This document shows, in pieces, positions 25,979 through 36,100 of a stretch of DNA of 64,000 nucleotides. Position 1 is the first letter of the stretch. Every line of letters begins with the position of its first letter. Where the stretch lies: IMG/VR virus record IMGVR_UViG_3300023435_000009; one strand, 5' to 3'. Both the position numbers and the translations under genes were made by a program. The DNA is from a virus (Duplodnaviria; Caudoviricetes). The notes below the pieces were generated by a model. That model was not told where the DNA came from. It made no database searches and saw nothing but the letters and a program-made list of their open reading frames with translations.

Positions 25979-26947
25979 GTGAAGTTTTTAGGGGACTGTC
26001 GAGTTTGTGGGCGGCTGGTTCCAACTTACCGTTCACTGGGCCAACATTTACGTCACGCCACAGATCCATCTCATGCTCGTTTGCGTAAGAAATGGGACAC
26101 CTGGCGGGCCGAGTACCGAGCAACTCTTTGTTGTCGCAAATGTGGGCAACTTTGGGAGATCTCAGACATAGGGGCCAAGGACTCTAAACGATGCCCTAAG
26201 TGCGAGAAACTCCGCCGGTCTATGAGTAAACGGCAATACGAAAAGCTGACGTTTAATAAACTACCTGATCCTCGCCAAGTCATGAGCCCCTCAGGGTCTA
26301 AAGCTAAGTGGGATGGTCTTTCAAGCCGACATCTTGTCTGGACCCCTGGGGATTTAATCTATCGCCAAGTCGTAGCAGGAGTTAAGGGGGGAGAACACCT
26401 AAATGCCCTCAGGGTTCGGCTGGGGATTTCCTACAAGGTACTTCGGGCAGTGGCGGTACATGCCTTTGGGGCAGAGGTTGTTCGGCAGTTGATGAGGCAA
26501 CGGAAAGTTGAGTCTGCCCGCCGGATGGTGAAAAAGGCCCAAACCCGCAGTGGACTAGAGGATCGTTTTGTTGCCGACCTGCAAGTTGCAGGTGTTCCCG
26601 TGGTGTCTCGGAATGACTGGTTGACATTAGAGGTGGCAGGCGTCCGCACGCATCGGGAAGCAGACATTAAGGTGGGCCTCCCCAAAGGGCGGAAGTTGGT
26701 GGTGCTTTGTGATGGGGAGGTTTTCCACGGGCCAAACACCTTATATGGGGATCCCCAGACTCGTATTGCAGACGACGTGGCAACAGCATGGGCTTTTTTC
26801 TCTTTGGGTTATTCCGTCTGTAGATACTCTGAGTCTGAGATCGGGTCCGGCCAAGCCTTGTCCCATTTGCAGAGGGTGCTCCCCGCACTACAGGGGGATG
26901 ACCGGATCCTCCGTCTTTGGTTTCCTCCGACAGAGGAGTTCCACTGA
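25979..26947 (+). CDS. homing-endonuclease-like protein (Zn fingers plus Vsr/DUF559-like nuclease)
   Basis: CRVC..HL, CRKC, CPKC; READI...LVVLCDGEVFHG...GYSVCRYSESEI; AGGAG before GTG start. Confidence 0.7.
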   Translation: MKFLGDCRVCGRLVPTYRSLGQHLRHATDPSHARLRKKWDTWRAEYRATLCCRKCGQLWEISDIGAKDSKRCPKCEKLRRSMSKRQYEKLTFNKLPDPRQVMSPSGSKAKWDGLSSRHLVWTPGDLIYRQVVAGVKGGEHLNALRVRLGISYKVLRAVAVHAFGAEVVRQLMRQRKVESARRMVKKAQTRSGLEDRFVADLQVAGVPVVSRNDWLTLEVAGVRTHREADIKVGLPKGRKLVVLCDGEVFHGPNTLYGDPQTRIADDVATAWAFFSLGYSVCRYSESEIGSGQALSHLQRVLPALQGDDRILRLWFPPTEEFH

Positions 26948-27558
26948 TGGCCGAGTCAGCCAAGAGAGTCCGAGCTATCCTGGGTGGTCCCTTGGCAAAG
27001 ATGACGGGGCTTCCCGTCACGCCTAAGCTGCTCATGAAGGTGGGTAAGTGCCTGACGGATGCTCTGGCTGAGGAGTCCAAAAAGTACTTCAGCAAAAGAG
27101 GTTGGTCCGGCAGAGACCCAATGGGAGGTCCCGCCATATGGGATTCCTACTCATGTCGATTACGGGGTAAGAGTACCTTGGAGATCACATCTTCCTTTTA
27201 TGGGATGAATGTTCTAGCAAGGGGGGACATCCCTGAACGGAAGATGACCTGGCTCACCCAGGAGGCGAAGGACAGGCAACCCACCAAGTATAAGCTGACG
27301 GACCAGGAGAAGCGGTTGGGGATGAAGCAGACGGGTCGGGTGTCCAAGGGTACCCGAATGCCCCTGATCGTGCCCATCACGACTGATGGCGGTACAGTAG
27401 AGCTACGGCGAGCGCCGCTTCAGCTTGGGAACGCTTGGATTCATCCGGGGATCGCAAAGTTCACGTTCTTCGAGACTGCAGTGCGGAAATGGAAAGCTCG
27501 TTGTGGACAGATCATCGTGGATGAGTTCATCCGAATTGCCACTGGAGGCAAGCCGTGA
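26947..27558 (+). CDS. putative tail-completion / HK97-gp10-like protein
   Basis: TGATG coupling; WIHPGIAKFTFFETA resembles the HPG..A..F motif. Confidence 0.45.
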   Translation: MAESAKRVRAILGGPLAKMTGLPVTPKLLMKVGKCLTDALAEESKKYFSKRGWSGRDPMGGPAIWDSYSCRLRGKSTLEITSSFYGMNVLARGDIPERKMTWLTQEAKDRQPTKYKLTDQEKRLGMKQTGRVSKGTRMPLIVPITTDGGTVELRRAPLQLGNAWIHPGIAKFTFFETAVRKWKARCGQIIVDEFIRIATGGKP

Positions 27559-28136
27559 GAGAAGCCCGCATCAAATGTCTTTGTCGGTCGTTGCGGCTGC
27601 CTGACCTCAAAATCATTCTTGTGAAAGGGCAGGAGGTGTCCATCGCAGAGGGGATCGCAATCGCTTCGGGGGATCTGGCGACCGCTGTGCGGATCAAAGC
27701 GGTGCGGGTCCGGTACGTGACCGTTTGTACTACGCAACGGGAGGCCCCTGACACTACCTTGAGGGTTGGGAAGCTCCGTCCCCCAGTGCTCCGTCCGAAA
27801 ACACCACTGAAGGCACCCCAGGCGCTCCCAGAGCCCCCTCCGGCTACCCTGACGACCCAGGTCGTGAAGGTTGATGTGGACACAGGGGCGATAGTGCAAG
27901 AAATCACGGACAAACTGCTGGCAAAGCTGGCCACACTGCCTCTCGGTAGTGTGGCGTTGGGTGCCCAACAGGGTATTGTAGATGAGCCCCTTCATTTCAT
28001 CCCCTCAGGGATGGTGCCTGAAGGGACTGAGGATTCCGTCCAGGTGACGGCTGAGGAGTCCAATGACGAGGCGGTGGCAAAAGCTACTGCTGCCCTTAGA
28101 AAGAGAAAGGGTCTGAAGACGGGGAAGAAAACATGA
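27555..28136 (+). CDS. hypothetical protein
   Basis: 193 aa; GTGA overlap with the previous stop. Confidence 0.7.
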   Translation: MREARIKCLCRSLRLPDLKIILVKGQEVSIAEGIAIASGDLATAVRIKAVRVRYVTVCTTQREAPDTTLRVGKLRPPVLRPKTPLKAPQALPEPPPATLTTQVVKVDVDTGAIVQEITDKLLAKLATLPLGSVALGAQQGIVDEPLHFIPSGMVPEGTEDSVQVTAEESNDEAVAKATAALRKRKGLKTGKKT

Positions 28137-29167
28137 CGAAGGTTGAGACAGAAAAAAAATCTAAGGTGCCTTTGGGTTGTTCCATCGACATAGGGACTAT
28201 GAATTTGGTGTCTGCCCGGCGGACAGTCAAGGGTGTTGAGACCAAGCGGATGCGGGATGTTTTCCTGGACTTGTCCCCCAGTGCCAAGAAGATGCTGAAG
28301 CTCTCCGGGAAGTCCTTTGTGGATCGTGGGGACGACGTCCTCATCCTTGGGGATGCAGCGATGGAGATTGCCAATGTGTTCGGGCGGGAACCCCGCAGGC
28401 CCCTGTCTTCGGGCATTGTGTCTCCCAGCGAGGCATCGAGCCTGGAGGTTCTGGGTCTGCTGATCAAGAACGTGCTGGGTGAGCCTCAGGTTCCTAATGA
28501 GGTCTGCTACTACTCGGTCCCGGCAGCACCGCTGGATCAGCCGGATCGAGACGTGATTTACCACCAGGGTGTTTTCCAACGTATCGTGAAGGAGTGTGGG
28601 TACACCCCATACGCAGGTAACGAGGCGATGGCAATCATTTACAGCGAAGCTGCAGCGGATGATTTCTCAGGACTTTCCTTGTCCTTTGGGTCAGGTATGG
28701 TGAATGTCGCTCTGGCTATTAACACCATCGAGGGTCTAACCTTTTCAGTTGGCAGGGGTGGCGATTGGATTGACAAGGGTGCTTCCTCATCCGTAGGAGC
28801 TACCCAGGCCCGGATGTGTGCCGTTAAGGAGGCAGGATTTGATCTGAACAAGCCGGACGGTCGCTACCAGGAGGCTTTGGCCTTTTACTACCGGGCGATG
28901 GTAGAGTACGTCTTCGATCAGATCGTGGCCCGTTTTAAGCTGATCGAGGGTCAGTTTGCTCTTGCCCGTCCAATCCCTCTCATCGTGTCCGGTGGCACGA
29001 GCATGGCGGGGGGTTTCATGGAGTTCTTCACCAAGGTGTTCGAGGAGCGACGGAAGAAGTTCCCGATTGAGATCTTGGACATCCGGCAGGCTAAGGAGCC
29101 TTTGAACTGTGTGGCCTACGGTCTGCTTGTCCAGGCCATTCAGGAACAGGAAGGAGATGACGAATGA
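28133..29167 (+). CDS. actin-like ATPase (MreB/ParM/FtsA superfamily)
   Basis: Phosphate-1 IDIGTMN, connect-1 NEAMA, phosphate-2 SFGSGMVN, GGDWID, adenosine IVSGGTS, connect-2 PLNCVAYG. Confidence 0.85.
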   Translation: MTKVETEKKSKVPLGCSIDIGTMNLVSARRTVKGVETKRMRDVFLDLSPSAKKMLKLSGKSFVDRGDDVLILGDAAMEIANVFGREPRRPLSSGIVSPSEASSLEVLGLLIKNVLGEPQVPNEVCYYSVPAAPLDQPDRDVIYHQGVFQRIVKECGYTPYAGNEAMAIIYSEAAADDFSGLSLSFGSGMVNVALAINTIEGLTFSVGRGGDWIDKGASSSVGATQARMCAVKEAGFDLNKPDGRYQEALAFYYRAMVEYVFDQIVARFKLIEGQFALARPIPLIVSGGTSMAGGFMEFFTKVFEERRKKFPIEILDIRQAKEPLNCVAYGLLVQAIQEQEGDDE

Positions 29168-30318
29168 ATGGGATTTCCGCTACGCCGCACACGACCGGCT
29201 GGACCAAGCCCACTAGGGGCCTCCAGTGCATCCACCCCGTGGTGTACCACTGCACGGATCAGAACAGTTTTTTCCGGGCTCTCATGTACTACCGGAAGAA
29301 ACCCCGTACCCCTTACGAGATTTCCGAGGAGCGAAGTGTCCCTGGAGGGACCGCTCCAGTCCGTGCCATAGGCTTTTTGGTTGAGGACGGGTTGACAAAT
29401 GAAGCCTATCAGGTGGACCTGTACAACGTGGACGTTCCGACACTGGACCAGGACATCCAAGATGTCTTCGGAGAATGGGACAAGGCGGAGTCGTTGGAGA
29501 TGTTCCTGTTGGGGGACATCTGGGAAGCGTCCTGGGCTTCTAAGGCTAACGTGGATGAGGTCGAAGCGATGGAGGAGTCCCTTCGGACCCAACGGCACGA
29601 ACGTCCGCAGAAGACCATCTCTGAGGACAAGGTTCAGGAGTATCGGGACCAGGCCCCTGATGAGATGCCCAGTTGCCATGATTTCCCCGTGCTCACAGAC
29701 TCACCACGGTCCCTTTCTAGGCTGAGGGTGCCGGAGGTCTCACAGGGTCCTTTCCTCTTCTCCGAGGAGCGAGAGTATGCACGGTGCCATCTTGAGGCGA
29801 TGGCTATGGTCGAGGAGGCAGAGGTTCCCTTCCAGGACATCCCCTGGTCACCCATCGTCACAACCCGCCCGTGCGTGTCCTTGGTTGACTGGTTGATTCA
29901 GTTGGCGCTGGCACAGAAGGCGGGGCACAATCTTGCCGTGTGTGATGATCTCAGAACGAGGCCGCTCGGGTTCATTGATGACGAGACGGATGAGTGGGTT
30001 TGTCTGGATCTGGCCCACCTGCACATAGGAGACCCCATTCCTGAGACCGTGGCCAAATCTCTTGGTAGGACGTCTCAGGAGATCAAACAGCTTCTCAATA
30101 CGGAAGAGGGTCGTACCCTTCTGATCACGGGGGCGCTCCCTGAGGCTCCGCCTGCGTCCGATGAGCGTCTGGATGAACTCAGTGCCACTTGGTGTGCCGA
30201 GGCTGAAGCTGACAAACCCGTGGACGTGGGAGTACATCAGCTTGTGCGCCCGAGTCCCCAGGACCCCCCCGTGCTGTCGGAAACGTCAGGGCGAGGGAAG
30301 GCAAAGGACGACGAATGA
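29164..30318 (+). CDS. hypothetical protein, paralog A
   Basis: 384 aa; C-terminal about 150 aa align by eye with 30315..31034. Confidence 0.75.
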   Translation: MNGISATPHTTGWTKPTRGLQCIHPVVYHCTDQNSFFRALMYYRKKPRTPYEISEERSVPGGTAPVRAIGFLVEDGLTNEAYQVDLYNVDVPTLDQDIQDVFGEWDKAESLEMFLLGDIWEASWASKANVDEVEAMEESLRTQRHERPQKTISEDKVQEYRDQAPDEMPSCHDFPVLTDSPRSLSRLRVPEVSQGPFLFSEEREYARCHLEAMAMVEEAEVPFQDIPWSPIVTTRPCVSLVDWLIQLALAQKAGHNLAVCDDLRTRPLGFIDDETDEWVCLDLAHLHIGDPIPETVAKSLGRTSQEIKQLLNTEEGRTLLITGALPEAPPASDERLDELSATWCAEAEADKPVDVGVHQLVRPSPQDPPVLSETSGRGKAKDDE

Positions 30319-31034
30319 GCACCGTGAAGACGTTCGAGGTCATCACACGCACGACCGTGGAGTTGCCTGACGGTACGATGCAGACGTCTGACAAGACCTT
30401 TAAGCTGGACCCTGACTCCGTCAATATCCATAGCCATGGAGATGCAGGGATGGGGCACTTCCTGTCCCTTTCCGGGATGACCATCCCAGACCCCCTCCGG
30501 CGGCGAGAGATTGTTCCCGGTACAGGAGAGGAGGTGGTGGAGAATGCTCGTCGCCACGTTGGTGCCAGGGCTGTGATAGAGGAGGCTGAGGCTCCTTTCC
30601 GGGCGGTCTCCTGGCCCCCTGTCGTTACACCTCGTCCGTGCGAGTCCTTGACGGACTGGCTGCTTCAGTTGGTGCAGGCAAAGGAAGCGGGGCACGATCT
30701 TGCCGTGTGTGAGGATCCCAAAGCGAGGATGTTCGGGTTCATCGAGGATGAGACGGATGAGTGGGTTTGCCTGAAGCTGGTTTGCCTACATATCGGAGAT
30801 CCTATTCCTGAGGTCGTGGCTAAGGGTTTGGGCTTGCCCGCTGAGGAGATCAAGCAGCTTCTCCATACGGGGGAGGGTCGTACCCTTTTGATTCGGGGGG
30901 CCTTGCCTATTGCACCGCCTGCGTCTGATGAGAAGCTGGCGGAACTCAGTGCCACTTGGTGTGCCGAGGCTGTGGCCGACAAACCCATGGACGTGGGGGA
31001 GCATCATCTTGTGCGGCCAGGGCTGCCTGGATGA
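30315..31034 (+). CDS. hypothetical protein, paralog B
   Basis: 239 aa; ATGA overlap; shares DETDEWVCL and ELSATWCAEA blocks with paralog A. Confidence 0.75.
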   Translation: MSTVKTFEVITRTTVELPDGTMQTSDKTFKLDPDSVNIHSHGDAGMGHFLSLSGMTIPDPLRRREIVPGTGEEVVENARRHVGARAVIEEAEAPFRAVSWPPVVTPRPCESLTDWLLQLVQAKEAGHDLAVCEDPKARMFGFIEDETDEWVCLKLVCLHIGDPIPEVVAKGLGLPAEEIKQLLHTGEGRTLLIRGALPIAPPASDEKLAELSATWCAEAVADKPMDVGEHHLVRPGLPG

Positions 31035-31333
31035 AAGAGATTCGTCTGACTTTGGTTGAGGATGATGGGTCGGAGATGACCTACGTGGTTATGACCACTA
31101 CCTTCGAGATGTCTCAGTCAGCGAACATTGTACCAGTCCGCACCACGGGTATTCCAAGTCCGGTCGCCTACGTTCGGGGTGTCACCCCACCAGCGGAGAT
31201 CAGTTTCAAGGGCTTTGTGCTAAACACAGTCAAGACGGAACTGGACCCCCCCATTGTGGCCACCGTGGTAGAGGAAGAGCCTCCTGGAGCCTTCCGAGAG
31301 TTTCTGGAGGGGAGCCCCTCCGCCCCCCATTGA
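31031..31333 (+). CDS. small hypothetical protein
   Basis: ATG 31031 overlaps the previous TGA; 100 aa. Confidence 0.6.
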   Translation: MKEIRLTLVEDDGSEMTYVVMTTTFEMSQSANIVPVRTTGIPSPVAYVRGVTPPAEISFKGFVLNTVKTELDPPIVATVVEEEPPGAFREFLEGSPSAPH

Positions 31334-31399
31334 CGTTAAAACACTGATAATTTCCGTTGGCTGATGGGTAAAGTATTCAGTTGTTGACGGAGGTGTCCC

Positions 31400-32599
31400 A
31401 TTTATTTCAGATTAACAGCGGCCCTCAAAAGACGCTTCATTCTAGAGTTGCGGAAGTACTGGCAGTATCACCCCCGGTACAGGGATCTGGTGGACAACAT
31501 CCAGGGGAAGTATTCCTTCAAGGAACGACCCCAGCATAGCATCGTCGTTAAGACAGGTGGTGGTAGTCGGGTTGACCTCTCGGCGGACAACTACATTGGC
31601 ATCGTTACCAGCTACGTCTACCTGACCCGAGTGCAGAACTACCCTGGGACCGCTTTGGAGTGGGTCCGGGAGGACTCTGTAGCCATCCAGAACAACAGTG
31701 GGCGTTTCCCTTCCTCGCCGGGGGTCTACTTCATCGAGTTGACGGGGGACACGGAGTTCTACGTTGATCAGCTTTTGGACGTCTACAGGGAAGCCGTCAC
31801 AGCAGTCAGTACCACGCACTGGCAGCTTCAACAGCCGCCTGTGACGGGAACCCTCCGCCTCTTCGAAATGCCTGCTGGATTCCAGCTTGTGGAGGAGGTC
31901 AACTACACCCTCACCCTGGACGGTTCAGGTAAACCTACGGGTGAGATCGTGCTGACTGAGGCCCTCACAGGAGGCCGGTCTCTGGTGGCTGATTACCGTT
32001 CTCCGGGCGAGACTACGGGACCACACACAATCGTTCCCGACAGGGCGGACAACAGTACGATCCCAGGGGTCGTGTTGGCGTTTGGCAGGCGAAATGAGAA
32101 GGGCGACCGACTCGCCGTTGTTGTTGACAGCCTCCGTCGTCCGGCGGCGTTGGAGTACGGTGGTAAGTGGGATCTGTCCCTGGACTTCGATGTGTCCTCC
32201 CGTGACGTTTATGTTCAACAGGAGATTGCGGATCAGACTGTTGTGTACCTCTGGGGTGTGTTGCGTCCGTTCCTGTCGTCTGAGGGTATGGAGATGATCG
32301 ACCTGTCCCTGGGTGGGGAGGCCGAAGAGCCCTACGATGAGAACGGGGACGACTACTTCTACACGTCGAACTTTTCCATGACGGTGGAGACAGATTGGTC
32401 TATCCATGTGCCCCTTGGTGTGTTCCTCCGCCAAGCGGCCCCCCTTACGGTGGAACAGGCTCGGTTGGTGGCACAGATGACGGACGAGCAGCTTGACGGC
32501 TGGCAGGGGAACATCCAGATGTTGGAGAGCCTGGGATTGGAGACGATCACGGATCCATTCTTCTCAGGACGGAACAGTACATACGAGACTATTCGCTAA
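31400..32599 (+). CDS. putative tail terminator / completion protein, probable ATT start
   Basis: GGAGGT (31389-94), 5 nt, then ATT in frame with the 383-aa track ORF; in-frame TGA at 31385; located just before the sheath. Confidence 0.6.
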   Translation: MYFRLTAALKRRFILELRKYWQYHPRYRDLVDNIQGKYSFKERPQHSIVVKTGGGSRVDLSADNYIGIVTSYVYLTRVQNYPGTALEWVREDSVAIQNNSGRFPSSPGVYFIELTGDTEFYVDQLLDVYREAVTAVSTTHWQLQQPPVTGTLRLFEMPAGFQLVEEVNYTLTLDGSGKPTGEIVLTEALTGGRSLVADYRSPGETTGPHTIVPDRADNSTIPGVVLAFGRRNEKGDRLAVVVDSLRRPAALEYGGKWDLSLDFDVSSRDVYVQQEIADQTVVYLWGVLRPFLSSEGMEMIDLSLGGEAEEPYDENGDDYFYTSNFSMTVETDWSIHVPLGVFLRQAAPLTVEQARLVAQMTDEQLDGWQGNIQMLESLGLETITDPFFSGRNSTYETIR

Positions 32600-32609
32600 G
32601 AGGTGCGCT

Positions 32610-33047
32610 TTGCCCCTTTACACCTATCAGTGCCAGTGTGGAATTCAATTCGAGGGTCACGCTTCGGTGAAGCACCGCCTGCTCCCCAAGAAGTGTCAGT
32701 GTGGGGAGGAGGCGGAGCGGATGATCCCCGAGGACGTGACCGGCAGCTTCCATCAGGATGTGAGTGGCCCGGTCCCACAAAATACGGGTGTCTCGCAGTA
32801 CGATCTAGAAGCCGACCGAGCTATTGGAGCTTCCGCCCAGCAAGGGTGGGAGGTTGCAGACCAGCGGTTGCAGGAGAAACGAACCATCCTTGGTCATCAC
32901 CCTGAGGCTTCCGGGTATGACCTCTCCCGGAATCCTGATGGGACGTACCGGGTGCTGACCGCTGAGGAGCGGGCTGTTCATGACCGAGCGCTTGCCATCA
33001 ATGACAAAGCGATGAACCAGGACAAGGAAGAAGAACCTCCCAAGTAG
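32610..33047 (+). CDS. FmdB-family zinc-ribbon protein, TTG start
   Basis: GAGGT then TTG CCC CTT TAC = (M)PLYTYQCQCG...FE...KCQCG. Confidence 0.75.
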   Translation: MPLYTYQCQCGIQFEGHASVKHRLLPKKCQCGEEAERMIPEDVTGSFHQDVSGPVPQNTGVSQYDLEADRAIGASAQQGWEVADQRLQEKRTILGHHPEASGYDLSRNPDGTYRVLTAEERAVHDRALAINDKAMNQDKEEEPPK

Positions 33048-33191
33048 CCTTCTCTTTTCTCAGTGCCATCCCGTTTTTGCTTCAATAACCAGGACTCATT
33101 AGAAAGGGCATAAGCCATTCCCGGTTTTGACCGTGGCTAAATGTGTCGATTTTTTGGGCTGAACATTGAAGAGAACATGTGAGGTGGACAG

Positions 33192-36100
33192 ATGCCATTT
33201 CCTGGTCAAAATTATGCTCCTCCGGGCGTTTTCACGACGACACTATTTGAAAACCCTTTGGCATCGGCTCTGGAGAGCCTCAAGATTCCCATCATCATTG
33301 GTGAGGGAAATGAGAACCTCATCCAGCAAGACCTGGAGATCGTCCGTGGTTCCTCTTCCACGGTGGATCAGCGGGTTGTCGGTGAGGACGAGTCTCTTCG
33401 TGCTGTCGTGGTTGAGTCTGCCACAGGTCAGATCACCCTGGGTGCCTGGGACGGAGTCCTGGACAAGCTCCAGGTGGTAAACTACCCCATCGTCACTGGT
33501 GACGGTACGGGCACTACGACCACAAGCCGCACTGACGTGACCGTGACCATCAATAACGAGGTCATCGCCGTCCGTTCCGTGGCCGGGTCCACCGGACTTG
33601 TACAGCTTGCAACCGTTCCCTCGCCCGGAGACGTCGTCCGCTGTACCTACTACTTCGATCGCACGGACACCCTGCTGACCGATGACGTGTCGGAACAGGT
33701 GCCCAACCGTCTGGCGACCGTGAAGGCTCTCTCGGGTCTCGCAGACGTGGACGCCCCGAACTCCACCAGTGCCGTCCTGGACATCCACGGCGATATCACG
33801 GTGGGTGGTGTGGTTGTGGATGCGGCCAACAACGTTGTCAACCTGGTGGTTGACAGTGTGGCCCGTTCCATTGCCCTTCCGGCACGCAGCACCTACACGA
33901 TGGCTCAGATTGCAGCAGCGATCACAGCGGCCCGTGCGGGGACGCTGACGGCCACCACCTTCGTGAACAGCTACGGACACTCTACGCTGTCCCTGCTGGC
34001 CACCTATAGCGTGTCTGTAGCGGATGGGAGTGCCAACGGGCTGCTCGGCCTCATCGCTGGGCTGGCTGATAACCGGGTCTCCACCTTCTACACCTTCCAA
34101 GGTCCCATCGTGGACGGTTCCGGCGGTGGTGTGACCACGACCGACCCCTCCCACGTTGTGGTGCGGGTGGATGGTGTCCAGGTCATCCCCTCGTCCGTGG
34201 ACGGTGCCTCCCGTGCAGTGACCCTGTCTCGGGCACCCAAAGCGGGTGCGGTGATGTCCATCCAGTACTACTGGAACACCTGGCAGGATACGTTCGATTA
34301 CCTGGCTCACATCGCCGTCACATCGGTGACTCAGTGCGGTTCGGTGCCAGGCGTCAGCGACTACACCCAGGGTGCCGACTTCATCCTTGAGGATGATCGC
34401 ATCATGTGGGGCACGGCAGCCACGGTGATTGCGGGGATCAATACGGTCGGATCGGAGCCGTTCGATGACACCCAGATCGGTCTGTCCCTGGTGGACAACC
34501 GGACCTTCCTCGGGGCATGCACCCCGGTGGTGTCCGCTGCTGGTGGTGTGTCCACGGACTCCCGCCTCAGCTTCCAGCTTCCCGTGAGTCCTACGCTGGG
34601 AAACGGGCGGGATACACCGCTCGGTCAGAGCCTCTACCAGACCATCAGCAACAATCGGATCGACGTGGCAACCAACCGTCCTGATGTCGTGTGGGCCTAC
34701 TGGGGCTACGACGTCCAGGATGCGATGGCACGGGGCAAGGTTGAAGTGCTGAAGGTTGAAGGTTCCGTCCTCACCTTGGCGGAGGCCGTTCCTCCGGGTG
34801 CCTCGGTGTGGGCAACCGTGTACTACAACGTTCTCACCGACGCCACCTACACCATCGCCAACGAGGCAGCGGGTGCCTCGGGTGTTGGTCAGTACGCCGT
34901 GAAGAACGCCCTGGGCGCTTCCATCTTCGGTGCCTCAATCACCGCAGGGAGTAAGGGTGCGGCTCTTGTAGGAGTCACTGTGGAATTCCCCTCCGGTTCC
35001 GAGTTGAACCCGGACTTCCACTATGAGTCCGTGAGTGGCGACTTCTTCACGGGGCCTGTTGACGAGATCGTTACGGTCCAGTTTGCAGCCCGGAAGGCAT
35101 CCCCGGCCAAGTATGGCCTCTCCGGTGCCGGACCCTATGCCTTCATCGATGGTCAGTCCGACCACCTCCGTGTCCAGGTACATGGGATTGAGGCAACCTC
35201 GACGGCGGGCCTCGATCTGGCATCCCCCTCGGCGGTCCTCACCCACACGGGTGGCTTCTTCGCCTCCCTCGTCGGAACTGAACTGGCATACGAAGGCGGC
35301 GTTGGTTCCGTGGAGGGTGAGAGCGTTACGATCACGGCGGATGAGACCCTCACACTGATTGTGGACGACGTCAGCATCCCGGTGGTGTTGCCCCCGGCGA
35401 CTGCCGTGGATGCCACCTACTTTGCAGACCGTATTAATGAGCATGCCAGCGGGCACGGCGGGCTGGCTCAGGGTGGATCCATTGCAAGTACCCTCGTGTT
35501 GAGCGCTACCGCTACGCCCCCCGCAGCGGCGACCTCGGACGACTACTACAACGGCTGGGTCATTGTAGTCGGCAACGGTGGTGCAGGCACCGCCGGTCAG
35601 GCTGTGACCGTGACGGACTACGACGGCGTCACCCAGACGGCGACGGTGACCCCCGTATGGGCCGCAGCGTCTCCGATTGTCACGGATCCCTACTTCATCT
35701 ACAACCCCAACACGGTGGCGCTCTATACAGGAGCCACCAAGTTCGACGGTCCCGTCACACTGGCGGTTGGCCTGCATGATAAGATGCGTATGGTCTACAC
35801 AGGCGACGTGTCCGGTGCGCTGGTGTTTACCGCTGGCAACACGGTGGATCTGGGTGATGGCCCCTTCGCCACGGCAGCGCTTCTCGCCGCCGAGGTCACC
35901 TCACAGACCGCTGTTCAGGTCACAGCCCTCGCCTCGGTAGCGCACGCAGGACTGATCATTACCTGTGCAGCGAACGCCGATGGGCAGTTGCAGTTCAGCA
36001 TGCAGCTTCCGGGCGTGGACACTGCCGGATCTTTGCAGTTCCTCGACGCAGCAACCGCCGCTGAGGACTTCGCAATCCTGGCGGGTCTTGACACAGGGGC

